Assembly: GCA_973895155.1 (NCBI GenBank)
Contig: OZ316892.1
Location: forward strand, 8,734,148 to 8,798,147
Length of the DNA stretch: 64,000 bases
Reading direction: 5' to 3'
From: Marsupella aquatica
Lineage: Eukaryota > Plantae > Marchantiophyta
The translations under genes were made by a program, and so were the position numbers. The notes under the pieces were generated by a model. That model had not been told where the DNA came from, did not search any database, and saw only the letters and a list, made by a program, of their open reading frames with translations. Of this stretch, positions 25,820 to 40,030 are shown piece by piece. Each line of letters begins with the position of its first letter. Positions within the stretch are counted from its first letter, which is position 1.

Positions 25820-26135
25820 GGAGCCGGAAAGCTGGGTAGGGACTAGGTGTAAAACGGGGAAGAGCGGAAAGCCAATGAAACTAGCTAGAAAAAGGGAGCA
25901 GGAACGCCGGGTAATTGGAGACTCGGTGTAAAACGGGGAAGAGCGGGTAAGGAAGTGCGAGAAAAGGAAAGCCGAGTAAGGATTTGAGAGAGCAGGACAG
26001 GCGGGTAAGGAGTTGGTGTAAAACGGGGAAGAGCTGGTAAGGATGTGAGAGAGTAGGAAAGCCGGGTAAAAGGACTCGGTGTAAGACGGGGACGAGCAGG
26101 TAAGGATATGAGAGAGCAGGAAAGCCGGGTTGAAT
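25820..26135. repeat. Purine-rich degenerate tandem array (GGTGTAAAACGGGGAAGAGC.GGTAAGGA...GGAAAGCCGGGT), probably TE-derived
   Basis: The motif recurs at ~25846, 25926, 26015 and 26078. Confidence 0.8.
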
Positions 26136-28477
26136 AGGGTGGGATAGCGTGCGATTGAAGCACAACGTGGTCTATTCTACAATAGACTTCAAAAACAAAA
26201 CAAAACAATGCAACAGTAACGCACATCCAATATAATTCATTTTCGAAGGGGGGTACTACAGAACGAACTTGACTGTAAGCCCAATTTGGTCACTCTTGTC
26301 ATATAGATCACTTTCCCAGGTTGTCAAGACTGGTGGTCGCTCCCTTAAGAATGTGGAGCCAGATGAATTTGAAAACTGAACTCGTAGTAGAGGAACGCAT
26401 GGGAAATGGATCTAACTCAGACGGAAGACAGAATTCAACTGTGTTTAGAAACAGTGCAAAATATGTCAGAATTAGGGAGTAAGAACTGATCCAGAACGGT
26501 GAAGTGATTCGCTGTCAAAACGCCAAAACACTGGTAGATGGCAAAACCTACGAGCCGATTGAGAAATTAATTGTGATCAACCAACCAGTTGATTGTCCTC
26601 TGCAAGTAGATTGTTAATTGGCTCAGACAGAGCCACGCTTCCCTTAGAAGATCTGTCCCTTACCCTAGTTCTGGAGCTAAAACTAAGTCCTTGGTAGATA
26701 TGCATAGCTTCACAGATGCAACGTGGGTGATGGAGTACAGCTTCAATTTCTTAAAATCACAAAGATAATAGTCACGAGATTTGATGAACTTGAGAGAAAC
26801 TGGGGTTTAGTTTATGCATAGTAGAAGCATGAGTCACAAACACACATAAAGTAGGGAACTCCACGGGGTTGTGAGGTACTGAGTGGTGTGAGTTGCACTG
26901 TGTATTGCCCATCGTGACAATGAACAGGTATCTATGGACAGCTAGTATCAACACCTTGAAGGGGGGTCGTTACGGGCAAAAGTCAGTTAGAACTTCAATA
27001 ATAAGTCGTTCGACCTGAGGTGTGAACTCACTGAATCACTGATAGTCAAATTCGAGGCATTCGGAAAACATCCTGTACAGAGACCTTTGTAAATCATGGA
27101 CCGAAAATGCTAAAAGGCGCAGAAAATAGATTCTCAATAGTCAAAAACCAAACTGCTGCTGTTGGATATGAAAGTCGCGATCTCTCGTCAGCGACGTTGA
27201 TAATTATTTCTTAAAACATTCAGGGCCTGTGTGGAAGGCGATTGATAGTGCTCCAATCTACCTTGACCATTCCACCCCCGGGCAGGTAGATAAAGCATTC
27301 GCATGAAGAATAATTGAAATCCTCTGCTACATAGATACTCCAAATTGCATGCGAATCTACTCATGTGGAACAATCCAGCTGCTGTAAGAGGAGCATGAGA
27401 GGAGCATGAGGTCAACTTCAATTCAGTGACCGTAGTCCCTGTTCACGCATCTGGACACCAAAATGACTTTAATACTATCTCCGATCGTCTCCAGCATAAG
27501 TCATCCCTACTGCCTCTTTAATTTTTGATATTTGAAGAGATATTTGTTCAGGCACTCCAAATAAGCAACGACTTTGAGGTCACCGAGTCATTGCTACCAC
27601 ATCGCTCCAGACCTGTAGACGAAAATCCAGCTGACCCAAGGTCATTAGCGTGAAGCTATGACAGACTCGCCAGCATCCCACTCGTGCTTTCTTGAAAGTG
27701 CACCACAATTCCATAGGGCACAGGCCTCGGCAAGTATTTGTCAAACGAGGACCAAATTTGAAAAAGGGCAATGACCAGTCACTATATAGCTCATCCTTCA
27801 GGAACTTCTTGATATCAGAGAATTGAAATACAATTGTGGTGTGGTGTGGCTCAAAGCTGTTATTCACCTGTCTACCAAATCGACCGTCGCACGCTCTGTA
27901 TCGACTGGCTTGCCATCTGGCCATCGAAGGGGATGATAGCTGACTAATCTGTTCTTAATTCCACGGACAAGATTTTGCTTTTCCTAAAAGGGGAGGGGAC
28001 TTTCATTTTCGGCTATTTCTTTCACTCGGACTGGGGACAACACCCTGTCGAAATGGACCCAACTACCAACAAACGGAAACTCGAACCTGCGGGAACCAGC
28101 AACCTCTCCAAGAATCCAAGGGAGACCTCGCAAAGCCGCTGTCTACTTGTGCTTCTACACGATCATGAAGGCACCCACCAACGTAGGAAGTCAACGACTC
28201 TCGCGATAGATCAGCTGACTCTTCTAAAAGGTTATAAGCCGACAGAAATCAGTGTTCGTGCTAGTAGCCAGCCCATTTATCACAGTGAGAACTAAATGTG
28301 TGTTCAACATCGTTTTTTGAATATTATGGGCAGGCAGCAGCAGTGCAGGCCTTATGCCAGGTTTGCGAAGAGCACAACGTCTGAGAGATCAGAGGCATGA
28401 AATGAACCCATGGTCTCAATGTTGAGAAGAAATTCATGAAATCTTACTGCTTAAGACAATCATATGTGATTGTGAAG

Positions 28478-30580
28478 CTAGGAGGCAGTGGTGTCCAGAC
28501 TATGGGACGAGTTGGTGGAGATAGTGAAAAGGGAGCCACTACTGTTAGAGTTTGCGTGCTTCCCTGTCATCATTTTCTTGAGCGTACCTTGCGAGGCGGA
28601 CGAGTAGACAGGGACAGGCTTGGTGGTGGGAACTGCAGGTAGAGGGAGAACACCGTCCAGAATGAGCTCCACCTGACGCATGGAAGGCCGAGAATCAGGA
28701 TCGGGATGAGAGCACAGCAAACCCACCAACAAAATATGTTCCATCTCATTCACAGGAAAATTGCCTGCGAGCCGAGCATCCGCAGCTGCCAAAATATTCC
28801 CCCCTGCATGCAAATTCCAGACCCAGTCCACGAGAATCATCTCCTCGGACGGCGCATCCGATTCAATGGGCCTCCTCCCACATGCAACCTCCAAAGTGAG
28901 TGCTCCAAATGCATACACATCGGTCTTGACTGTAGACTTCCACATGAGAACGGCCTCAGGAGCAATGTACCCGATCGTCCCTGCCAGCTGAGTGGTCTCC
29001 AAGTTCTTAGAATGCTCAATCAATCTCGCCAACCCGAAATCGCCTAACCTCGCATTCCACCCTGCGTCTAACATCAGGTTGGAACTTTTTATGTCCCTGT
29101 GAATCACCTGCTGGACATACCCCTCATGCAAATACCCCAGACCAGCCGCCGCCCCTTTCACAATGGTCAGCCTCTGGGCCCACGTGAGAATCCCGTTGTC
29201 CCCACTTTCAAAGAGCAGCTTGTCCAAGCTCCCGTTTGGCATAAGCTCATACACCAGCAGAAACTTGCCCCGGTCACTGCACCATCCCAATAGTTTGACA
29301 AGATTCCGATGACTCAACCGACTGACGACATTGATCTCTGCTAGGAATTCCTTCTCACCCTGTTTCGAATTCTTGACTACTCTCTTCACGGCCACCAACG
29401 TCCCTGTGCTGGCAATCACCCCTTTGTACACACTGGACGATCCCCCCTGCCCCAGCTTTGACCTCTCACTGAACCCATTTGTCGCCACACTGAGCTGCTT
29501 GTAAGTGAACCGGATCGGCATGTCCACCACTGGCAGCTCGAACTCGCATTCATCCCCAAGTGACTTTTTACACTTGGTCAGGCCCATCACCCACATCACA
29601 GCAGCCCCAATGCAGCAGAGGAGCAACACGGATGCCCCAGCCGAGACACCCACAATAAGCCCTGTCTTGCTCTTACCCGATTGGTGAGACACAGGGCCCA
29701 CCCCTTGGACAACTTGAGATGATGGGGACGATGCTGCGTAGGGTGATGGGGTGAGTGAAGGAGTGACAGTCGGCGGGGGGAGACCAAAAGCGTCGAAGCT
29801 CCAACTGTACAGTTCATGGTACTCTACCTGCCCACCAGTAGAGGCAGCTATCCCAACCGACATGAATTCATCCACCACATCGGAAAGATTGAGAGGGTAG
29901 GAGATCAATGCCTGTCTTGGTCTTGGGGTGGAAAAGTTGGCGATTCTCACTTCGAGATTGAGGCTGGAGAAATCGTAGTCGATCCATGTCGTTTTGGGGA
30001 CCCCATCTGTGAGATTGATCCCCACTGAGCCTGCCTCAGCCGTGACCTTGGAGTGGATGTTCTCAAGGTCTAGTCCAACGTGGTTGTCGCTGGGATCCAG
30101 TCCTGGATTCAAGTAGGTGTCAAACTCTACACAGAAAGTCTTGGTTCCCTCCGTGCCTGGGCGGTAAGTGTCATCTGTGGGGTATCGGTAGTACACCCCA
30201 AGAGTCCCCCCCGAAACGCCCCTGTATGTTTCGTTGGAGTACATTACAAAGGAGAGACCATCTCCTGATGTGTTGAACCACGCCCTCGTGATTTGGAAGG
30301 TGAAATTGGTCGAGAAGGAAGCTGCCTGGCCGGTGGCAGGATCTTTCATTCGGACTCTGTCTTTAAAGAACACGTACCCGGTGCTCCCCTGAATAGAGGC
30401 ATCCTGTCTGGAGTCTGCAGTCATTGTGATATGCCCCTGACCATCTTCGTGAGCATTGTGATCGCACATAATCCTCTCGTCTGCCCCATTATTGCAGCCG
30501 ATAGGATCCAGCAAGAAATTCACATCTTGAGCTCGGGTGAAGGTGATACAGAAGATTACACTCACTAGTAAGCCCCACAT
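28478..30580 (-). CDS. L-type (legume) lectin receptor-like kinase, intronless, about 700 aa
   Basis: Signal peptide; lectin domain (SFSTNFTF, GDGLSF, VEFDTYLN, NHVGLD); TM helix; kinase motifs GQGGSSSVY, VAVK, HRDIKSSN, LGDFGLARL, GTIGYIAPE. TATATA lies ~40 bp upstream. Confidence 0.96.
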   Translation of the reverse strand: MWGLLVSVIFCITFTRAQDVNFLLDPIGCNNGADERIMCDHNAHEDGQGHITMTADSRQDASIQGSTGYVFFKDRVRMKDPATGQAASFSTNFTFQITRAWFNTSGDGLSFVMYSNETYRGVSGGTLGVYYRYPTDDTYRPGTEGTKTFCVEFDTYLNPGLDPSDNHVGLDLENIHSKVTAEAGSVGINLTDGVPKTTWIDYDFSSLNLEVRIANFSTPRPRQALISYPLNLSDVVDEFMSVGIAASTGGQVEYHELYSWSFDAFGLPPPTVTPSLTPSPYAASSPSSQVVQGVGPVSHQSGKSKTGLIVGVSAGASVLLLCCIGAAVMWVMGLTKCKKSLGDECEFELPVVDMPIRFTYKQLSVATNGFSERSKLGQGGSSSVYKGVIASTGTLVAVKRVVKNSKQGEKEFLAEINVVSRLSHRNLVKLLGWCSDRGKFLLVYELMPNGSLDKLLFESGDNGILTWAQRLTIVKGAAAGLGYLHEGYVQQVIHRDIKSSNLMLDAGWNARLGDFGLARLIEHSKNLETTQLAGTIGYIAPEAVLMWKSTVKTDVYAFGALTLEVACGRRPIESDAPSEEMILVDWVWNLHAGGNILAAADARLAGNFPVNEMEHILLVGLLCSHPDPDSRPSMRQVELILDGVLPLPAVPTTKPVPVYSSASQGTLKKMMTGKHANSNSSGSLFTISTNSSHSLDTTAS

Positions 30581-30759
30581 TGTCCTCCTTTGCAATGTGG
30601 TAGCTCACCCGACGCATATATAAGTGCTTGATCACCTTGAATTCGATTCTGGGTTCTAATATCGTTCGGCGTACAGGAGGTAGTCTGTCAACTGTGCTGC
30701 CCAGAAGAAGGAGTTCTCTGCAAGATCGTCATACAGTCTTCCCCGGGGTCATAGATAGT

Positions 30760-31900
30760 TACCGAATTTCTATTTTGGGTGCCGTTGACATGTCAAATAC
30801 ATGCGAAATCCAGGACTTTGCACCGAGGCCGTCATCACTTCCTGACCCATTAGTCCTCCCCATTTTCTTCCAGATTTCACCCAAAGAGACCGTCTGCTTC
30901 AAGATTGAGAATTCATGCCCACCTCCATTCCCACCAGGTGCTGCAACAATCATAGCAGTGACTTCGGGAATCACAAGAAGCACCATGGTAAGATGGTCAG
31001 GCCATCACAAATGGAGTGGCTGCGGGAATAAAGACCAACCATCCAAGATCAAGATTACACAATACACAAAATTCCTTACGACGCTGCCGAGCGGGGATCA
31101 AGACCAAAGTACATCTGTCGTCTCCTCTGTGAAACGAAAAGAATGGTAATTAGTACCAACTACTCTTGGACCGACACGAGAATCCGGGACATTTCCTTCG
31201 AATCTAGGAAAGAAGAAAACATTGCGGACCTCCTTGCAATGACGAGGAGAGGAACATATCGTCGTCCTCGAGCTCCATCTGGATAAGAAAAACTCACCAG
31301 AGAATCTGTCTCACATCAATATCACTGTTTGTGATAGTGATTGTCGGACAAAGGATTGTCTGGAAGCAATCACATAAATATCACTATTTGTGATTGTGAT
31401 TGTCGGACAAAGGATTGTCTGGAAGAATCACAGGAAAGTTTACAACGTAGTTCCGTCGCTGTGCATTATTCTCATCAAAATGCCACTAGGAGCAAGCACT
31501 CTAACTTCAAATGCAACGAGGAGCTACCGCCTCATCCCGAGTGATCAGCTAAGTATACCGTATTCTTGATCGCAGAGTCGCCTGCAGCCAGCGAGGGATT
31601 ATTCAATAATCATCTCATTGACAGTGACTGGCAGAAATGTCATACACCAACAAGACATCACAGCTCACTGGAAGAAGCTGAACACACTGGACCAAATCTA
31701 ATCAAATATCCCCTCTGCCCGCCCCTCTGCTCACTCAGATGAATGATCTGTTGATCAATCTCTTCCGACAAGGCTCTCCCTTAGTCCCCTCCCTTCAGCG
31801 CTGCTCGAATTTGCGCCACTCAGAAAGCTGCCCATCAGCTCCTGCTGCTGAGTAGTGGAGGCAGCAGCAGCGAGAATCAAGCTGACAGACCAGAAGTGAG
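30760..31900 (-). pseudogene. Possible degraded spliced gene or non-coding transcript upstream of the LecRK
   Basis: Several cag|...|gt-bounded segments and an MGSFLSG-type start, but no continuous ORF. Confidence 0.25.
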
Positions 31901-34900
31901 CCAGCCAGTTGCTCACAACCCAAGGCAATGAAAATCTTTTCATTCCCTTTTGCAGCTTTCTGAGCTCCGTGGCCAGTGAATTGCCGAGCAGCTCTGCTCT
32001 CATATTTCTGACCTTTGGAAGGAATCGCCAGCCACCCACAGCCGGACCCAAGTCACCTCACCGAACTCATCAGAAGGCAGCTGGCTGCAGTTTCTTGACT
32101 CACAGTCGGTCATAGTCCGTGCGAAGTGCAGCTCCCTCAGTCCCTTGCAATTCATCAGAGATTCACATTCTGCCTGTGTTGTACTATTCTCGAAACCTCA
32201 AATCAACCCAACCAAACAGTGTTTGTGCTCGACTTTGAATTGAAATTGTATAAACTAGAGCAGCACAAATCTTGATTTTCAACCTGACGAGGTCAAATCA
32301 AGAATTGGGATGGAGCAACGGTACACTTGCTGTGCATTCAAGGACTGACATCTGATGAGAGTCTCCACGAGATCACGTGATCACTCACGATTACTGTAAC
32401 GCGTGCGCATGAACTCCACTGCTTACGCGCATCGACGGTGGTTGTGGTATCTTACTCATGGTGAGAATATCTGGGCCGTCCGATTCTCAGCTGTAATGCA
32501 TACTGCTGTAAACCCTTGTCCCGGGATATCCGGTAAAGACCATTATGATCGTAAGAAGGTGATACCGTTACATATTTGCGATGCGTGATTACAGGAGATA
32601 GAATTCATTACAGTACTGAGATTAGTGATCGACGGTCATTGATGTGACGGGTGTCTACATCCAGCACATGAAAATTGTTGATATTCTCTGCCGTTAAATG
32701 GGTCTCAGAGGTACTGAAATAGAGCCCCTTTTTACGGTGAACCCTGTCTAAGTGCCTATTGTCTAATATAAGGCATCTTCTCCGGTTGAAGGCTTGATCT
32801 TGGACTTACGCACGGAATGAATTAATAACGCTATCTAATTATAAACTCACGGTCGAAGTCTCATTAATATGCAATTTCTGGCCAAATAAGGACTAGGCTA
32901 CGGGTGCATCTTGTATACTTGATGGAGACCAAAGATAGATTTTGGACTTAACCAGGCTCTTCTTATCCTGGCTGTCTACGGCACTTAACTCAGTTACATT
33001 TCTCACTTATGGATAGTTGATGTTGTTCTTCACCACACAGAGCGCCCACAGCACCCCCCCCTACTCGGGGCCCCATGCAATCTGCAGAATGTTAATTGTC
33101 AGTAAAAGTTAGCAATTTATTGGATACCAAAATGAAGTCAGTTTGAGCCATAACAATTTTAGCATAACTAAAGGCATCTAGATTCCAAAACGAAAATAAA
33201 GTAGCTTGTCTTGTGTTTCGGTACAAAATGATCTGTTAAGAAAAACAATTAATTATTCCTGGTTAGAATTGGGATAAATTTTTTATGAATCACCTTACAG
33301 CAATAATTGAGTAGTTTTCGGTGACTTGATACTTGTGCCCTCTCCTCACTCTAGAAGCCATGGCTTGCACCATCCCACCTTTAAAGCCCTCCTCACATGT
33401 CATATTTCTAATACACAACTGTTTAGCTTCTAAATGATTGCCTTTAATGAAAGAGGTGGGCCTTTCAAGTACTTATCACACAATTACTTTGGATCGTGAC
33501 ATGGAAGTCACTCAAAACCATAACTTCGGGAAACAATAATGTGACGCATAGGGGGACACATAGTTAAAGGGGAGAGTTGAAATCATATTGAAGAGTCAGA
33601 AACATTAATTTTTGCAAAATGGGTCAAACCAGTACAACGAAAGGAAAGCAAAAGAGATCCAAAGAGGACTAACACCAAAACTAAAGAAGAGGCAAATGCA
33701 ACCCCAAAATGGAGAGGAGGAACAAGAGCTACCATTCCAATACTATTATGAGCTTCTGGTCCACACCCAGTGTAGAAAAAGTGACAAGAGCTAATGTTCC
33801 ACATCTAGTGTAGGAACAAAGTCTACAAGCGGGACAGGGATGATTGAAGGGGGCAAGCCTTTGAGGAGGCACAGTGAATATTGAAACCTTTCTTTATCAC
33901 ATTCCTCATGTATGTAATGTAAATTCAATCTTAATTGACTATAAGGATTAAAACATACCATACTATAGTAAATAATAGGCGAGATTGAAAAATAAATATA
34001 GAGCTAAGGAGGAGATCTAGGAGAAGAAACTAAAATCTATAAGAAGGAGGAAAAATACAATTTCAAAATCCAATAGTGCGAACCATGCACTTCGTTGACA
34101 AAGTACGAACCATGCACCTCAAAAAAAGTAATTTGAGTAGTCTTCCCAATAAGGTAATAGCAGAAATGTCATTTTGATGCCCTCCCGTTTTTACCTTCTT
34201 CAATAAATGTGTAGAAGTTGCCTTATCAAATCCAATTTAAATCTACTAAAGTATATTCAAAAATAATGCGAAGTTCTCCTGGTTTTTATCACTGGTAGTC
34301 AGTTTGGAGGGGCAAAAAAATCCGGGTCCAATGAACCAAACGAAGTGGGAGGCACAAAAAACGAAAAAGGGGAGAAGGAGGCACAAAGAAATGGGAAGAA
34401 AGGGAGGGAATCCAAGAGAGAGGGGAGAGGGAGAATAAGTAGTATTTTTGTCCTCCTCGATTCTCTCACCTTCCAGGCCAATACTTTGCACAAATAATTG
34501 CCCTCCTAAGTCCCCAACTTTGTCCACCCATGCCAATCCTGTCAGTGTCTTGTTTGTGACATTTGCCAGAGACTAAAGCAAAGTGAAATCATTCATTTGA
34601 GTGTCTAAGAGGGCCATGCTGCCACATTTTCTTCTTAAAGCCCAAATGGAGCCTCTTAATAGCCTATGCCTTGGTGCCTGCCTTTGACCTGTTTCACAAA
34701 ACAAGTTCTTTTACATAACAACATCTTTTCCTTCACTACATCTTGTACGCAATAACATATTTTGGGCAATATATTACTTCATTTATGCAGTGAAATCTTT
34801 TGTGCAACTATATCTTTTACACATCAACATCTTTGCGTAACTACATATTTATGCATCATTCAACATCTTTTGCCCCACACCATCCTTTGTCCAATGCACT

Positions 34901-36661
34901 AATGAACTAGTTTGGTATAAATAATTAAAAGGAGTGTAGAGTGCCTCTTTGGTCGTCTTGGGGCCTTTTTCCCTTCCCTTTATTGGGTTGCTTTGGGACC
35001 TTGTCTCACTGTGAGGCGTTTCCATCCTTTGGCACTGTAATATATATAATGTAACTTTACGAGAAAAGGCAAATTCATGGACGGTGGTGGAAGGGGGGAG
35101 AGTAGAGGCACAACAGTCTTGAAGTGTGTGCACTACAGTAGACAAGGGGTGCAAGTGGGGGACACAGGATAGTGATAAAAAAATTCAAACAAAATATAAT
35201 ATCAGATTTCATGTGAACAACAAGTTTGTACGCATAGATCAATGGTAATGGTAGTTTGTTGAGACTAACAGGTCCAAGCTCAAGTGCTGGAGAGATATGC
35301 TTAGTAGACCCTCTTCTGGAAAAAGTTTGTTTAATCAACCCCCTCCATACTTTTCCCCAATCTGGACCATTGATGGACCTTTCAATCTCAGATCTGGACC
35401 GTTGATAGACCTCAGGGGTTGATCAAGTAACAAGTTTCATTTTGGGGGTTGATCAAGCAAATACCTCCAAGTGCTGCAATTTACAATCACCTTTAACCAA
35501 ATATGCAAGGGCAGAAAAAGGCACTTTATGCAAAATTAACAAACAAAGACAGAAATTTAAGAAAGCGTTTAGAAAGGGTTCACATAGGCATAGAAAAAAT
35601 GACAAAAAACATACAAATACTCACAAAATTAAAATTATAACAAAAGTAACTGAGATTAGGAGACAGAAACCTACTACTGCACCAGTCATATAGAGATTGA
35701 CTCACAACCTATGGTTAGGGTTAAAGATGATATGCAGCAGTCCCACACTCCCATTCTGAATCCCAACAATGGAGTTCATTTCACTTCATTTGAAGTTTAC
35801 TTCAGTTTAGTACGGTACCATACTCTTGTCCTCCATAAAATCCTTCTTATTCACGCTCCAATACTCCATGGCCCCGTTTTGCTAAATTGATAATAATATC
35901 TTCCTGCCCAAGGAGAGGAAAGCACTGGAGTATATGATTGTTAATGTGATGACCCCATTTTGACTCTTTGGTCTTCCTCAATTTTCCCCTTATCATCATG
36001 TCTCCAGGTTTGAAGGTTTTTGTTCTTTGACAATGTGATCACACTCCCTATCACACGGGCTGTCACACTCTCATGACAATGTGACCACAAAATGTGGACA
36101 GTGTTTGTTAGTCAAAGCAATCTTTTGGAATGCATAACTAACTTTTTTTCATTTTCTTTTCCCTTTAATATCTTTCCTTTGATTGGTAAGATGAGGGTCA
36201 TCAGAAAATTTTGGGAAATCCTGTTTTTACCTAATGAGATAATATATTGGGGGTTTGTAACATCTTGTTGTAGTTCTTACATTTGTATTTTTTTGTCAAA
36301 ATCAAATGAAAACCCTAAATTTTGGAGCACGGGTGGAACTGTCCTAGTTTATAGTTAGGACTAAAATTTCATGAGATAATATATTGGGGGTTTGTAAATT
36401 CTATGAGATATATTCTCTCATGAAATTTTAGGTTATAAATGAAATGATCCTCCCATGGACAGTGCCCAGTACCACACAAATGATGGTCCCATCCGAGGTC
36501 CCATCATGCAACCCCATGGACAACAGCTTCACTCATTGACACGGTTCGCGTTTCCAAAAAGTAATGTTTTCAGCTGCAAAGTTTGACCCTCAATATCTTG
36601 GTTGATACTTACTGAATATGCTAGTGTTGGGCTAGTTAGATGTGGCTTGGAATGATCTCAA

Positions 36662-37665
36662 CAGCTTTTAACTACATTGCCACTAAAGATGTGGCTTATT
36701 ACAATACTGTCACTGTTTTTACAATATTTATAATACTGCCACTGTTTTCATATTCACATAACTACACTCAAAGCGGTTAACCATTGGTCAGGTTCCGTCC
36801 TATGGTGGACACATGTCAAGTCCTGGTGCTCCGTTTGAATTTTCCATTCCTAACTACTGTGCCCACCCTGAACCACAGTAGTTTCAAACTACACTTGATG
36901 TGGACCTTACACCACATGGGGCAGTCTTCTTTTTGCGGGAAAGTAAGAATTTTGTCAATCATTCAACTTTGTGCACTCAAAGGTCAGTGGAGTCCAAGCA
37001 ACACTCAGCTTACTCCTAGAATCAACGTAGATCTCTCTCCACAGTGCGACCGGGCAGCAGCAGCATGAGCTACTTCATTTTGGGCAGTGCCTCCGATGCT
37101 GATTAATATCTCTGGATCAGTATTTGTCCTTCCAGAATGAACGTGCATTGACAATCAAAATCTTGCATTTAGTCAGCAGCAAATGGAGCTCAATTTGTGA
37201 AAGAAAAATGAAGCAGAGTCATAGTTGTTCTTTAGGGCACATTTGCAAGGCGGCGACAAGAAGCGATTGCATGTTTTGTCACATTCTTGCCCAAACAACG
37301 ACATTGTCTCAGGCTATGCTTATTCCAAGTGGGATTCCAAGACTACTAGGGCATTCATATTTCAAACTTGTGTTCAAATGTCTCTCCATAGTGGAGATAG
37401 ACTATGGATGAACAGTCGGGGTTCACTTTGTCACTGCCAAATGCCTTGCGCAGTCCAGGAGGGTGAGTCAAGCAAAAGAGTGGACGGAAGCTTAATAGAC
37501 TTGACTGACTATTCAGACATAGAGGACAAGACATGTCAAACTTGGGTTAACTCGTCTAAACCCAAGTAACCACATATGAAAACAATGGCAGTATTATAAA
37601 TATTGTAAAAACAGTGGTAGTATTGTAATAAACCACATCTTTAGTGGCAATGTAGTTAAAAGCTG
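36662..37665. mobile_element. Non-autonomous Mutator-like element (1004 bp) with ~95-bp TIRs and 10-bp TSD ATGATCTCAA
   Basis: CAGCTTTTAACTACATTGCCACTAAAGATGTGG... at the left end and its reverse complement at the right. TSD at 36652-36661 and 37666-37675. Confidence 0.9.
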
Positions 37666-38854
37666 ATGATCTCAATCCACTCTCAAATCTGTAATTCTCA
37701 TCGAAACCAGCTAACTTTGACTTTCACCATCTCTCTTGGTATTGAATGGAATCTTCTGTTTTGGGTTCATTAGACAAGGCTTGAAAGACCTTCCAATGAG
37801 CCTATTATAGCCAACTAGACCCATGCCCATGCATTGTAATTGTAGTGACATTGAAGAGAAGTGTTATCCTAAACTATAATACAAGGTTGCGCCTTTTTAT
37901 AAAGTGGTAGTCATTCAAATTTGCAGTGTCCAAAAAACATTTATTATGTCAAGAGAAGGAATAAAGGTTATATTAAATTTAGTGTGCACCAAAAAAATAA
38001 AAAATTCATTCCAAACAAGCGGGGAATCAAATGGGAGACACAAAAGTAGGGAGCCAATGCTAGAACCAATGGGGCACACAAAACAAGAGAGTGAATGTAC
38101 ATGCATGAGTATCAAGAAGGTATACACATGAAATACAAAAGTACATAATATATATGATATTATATATTATTGTAAGTATTATAATATTGCAAAATATAAT
38201 AATGATAATAATTTAATTAAAATAGATTAATTAAAAATAGGTTAGATTACAAAGACAATATCAAAAGCTATTATAAAATGTTACTTTTTTATTATTGTAG
38301 TCATTCAAATTTGCAATATACCAAAAACTAAAAACATGAAAGAATGATTTCTTTTGTGAATGAAAATGAATATACACATACTTTTTACAGAAAAAGGCCA
38401 AATAGAGTACAAAAGAATAAACAAGAGAGGTCCCAAGTGGACAAAACCAAACGCAAAAGAAGTGAGCAAAAGGAAACCCTAAAATGGAGAGCAATGTTTC
38501 CAAGCCAAAAAAGAATTTAATAATACAAAGAAAATAAGGAGGGTCTCTAGCAATGCAAGAGTATCAAGGAGACCTCCCTTTACCATGTACCACTATAATC
38601 CTGATCCGGTCCCTTTACAAACTAAAAAAGTGACAATCAATCTTGAATGTTCATCAAAACATAATTTTTTCCACACTTGAAGATCTATCCATACACCACT
38701 TCTAAAAATAAGTTCCTGCCCAAGCTACCCTTTAACCTTCCCATACCTGCCACAAATTTGAAAAAATTAATCAAATTTTAATTAAATTTATTAATATGTA
38801 AATAATTCTAATTTTTTTGAAATAATTTCAAATATAAATAAAATATAGATAAAA

Positions 38855-40030
38855 TATTTTCTCATCTTGACATCTTTTCTTCATATTAAGATCTTCTCAC
38901 CTCAAGATCTTTGCTCATCTTGACATATTTTTCTCACCTCAACATATATATTATTTGTCTCATCTTGACATATTTTCCTCACCTTGAGATATTTTCTCAC
39001 CTCAACATATATATTATATTTGTCTCATTTTGTCATATTTTTCTCACCTGGTCATCTTTATCTCACCACAACATCTTTCTTCATATTGACATCTTTTTCT
39101 CATCTCACCATCTTTTCTCTCCTTGACTTATTTTTCTCACCTCCAAATGTTTTTCTCTAATATGACATCTTTTTCTCACCTTGCTATATTTTCTTTCCTT
39201 GACATATTTTTCTCAGCTCGAAATGTTTTTCTCTTATCGATATATTTTCTCACCTCAACATGCATCATTTGTGCAATGCACAGGTATCAGGCCCGATATG
39301 TACTTAACAACATCTTTTAGTAATGACATACTTTATCTATTGACCATTTTATACTTAACAACATCTTAATACTTAATGACATCTTTGGCATAACGACATC
39401 GTTGGCAACATGACATCTACTTACTTGACACAATTTTTTACTTGATGACCTTTTGGGCAACATGCCATCTTTGGCAAAATGACTTCTTTTTCTTAACAAC
39501 ATCTTTTTACTTCATGACATTTTTCACATAAGAACATCATTCTTGGGAAACACAACATATAATTCTCTTAAGAGCATTTTGGGCGCCACAACACTTTCCT
39601 CTCAGCAACATCTTGGGGGACACTACATCTTGGGCGCCACAACATCTTTTTTCTTAACAATATCTTGGGCGCCATGATATCCTTATTTTAATGATATTTT
39701 GGGCGACACAACATTTTTTCTTAACGATATCTTTTGTGCAATGCATGGGTAATTTCCCTCAACGATGTCTTGGCCGACACGACATATTTTCTCTCAATGA
39801 TGTCTTTGCCGACACAACATCTTTTTTTCAACGACATCTTGGCCGACATGACAACTTTTTTTTCAACGACCTCTTGGCCAACATGACATCTTTTTTGTCA
39901 ATGACTTTTTTTCTCTCAACCACCTCTTGGCCGACACGACATTTTTTCTCTCCACGACCTCTTGGCTGACACGACATCTTTTTTTTCTCAATGACATCTT
40001 GGCCGACAAGACTTCTTTTGTGCAACGCAC
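38855..40030. repeat. Degenerate short-period array (GACATCTTTTTCTCA / GGCCGACACGACATC motifs), probably subterminal repeats of a DNA transposon
   Basis: Many diverged ~15-35 bp motifs; similar motifs also at ~34710-34870. Confidence 0.7.

Noticed and set aside
27100-27960. LINE reverse-transcriptase remnant
   Set aside because: W/K-rich broken frames are suggestive, but no diagnostic motif is recognisable.
28706-30568. Plus-strand ORFs overlapping the LecRK (likewise antisense ORFs over HIRA and pol)
   Set aside because: Shadow ORFs of real coding sequence with no recognisable domains.
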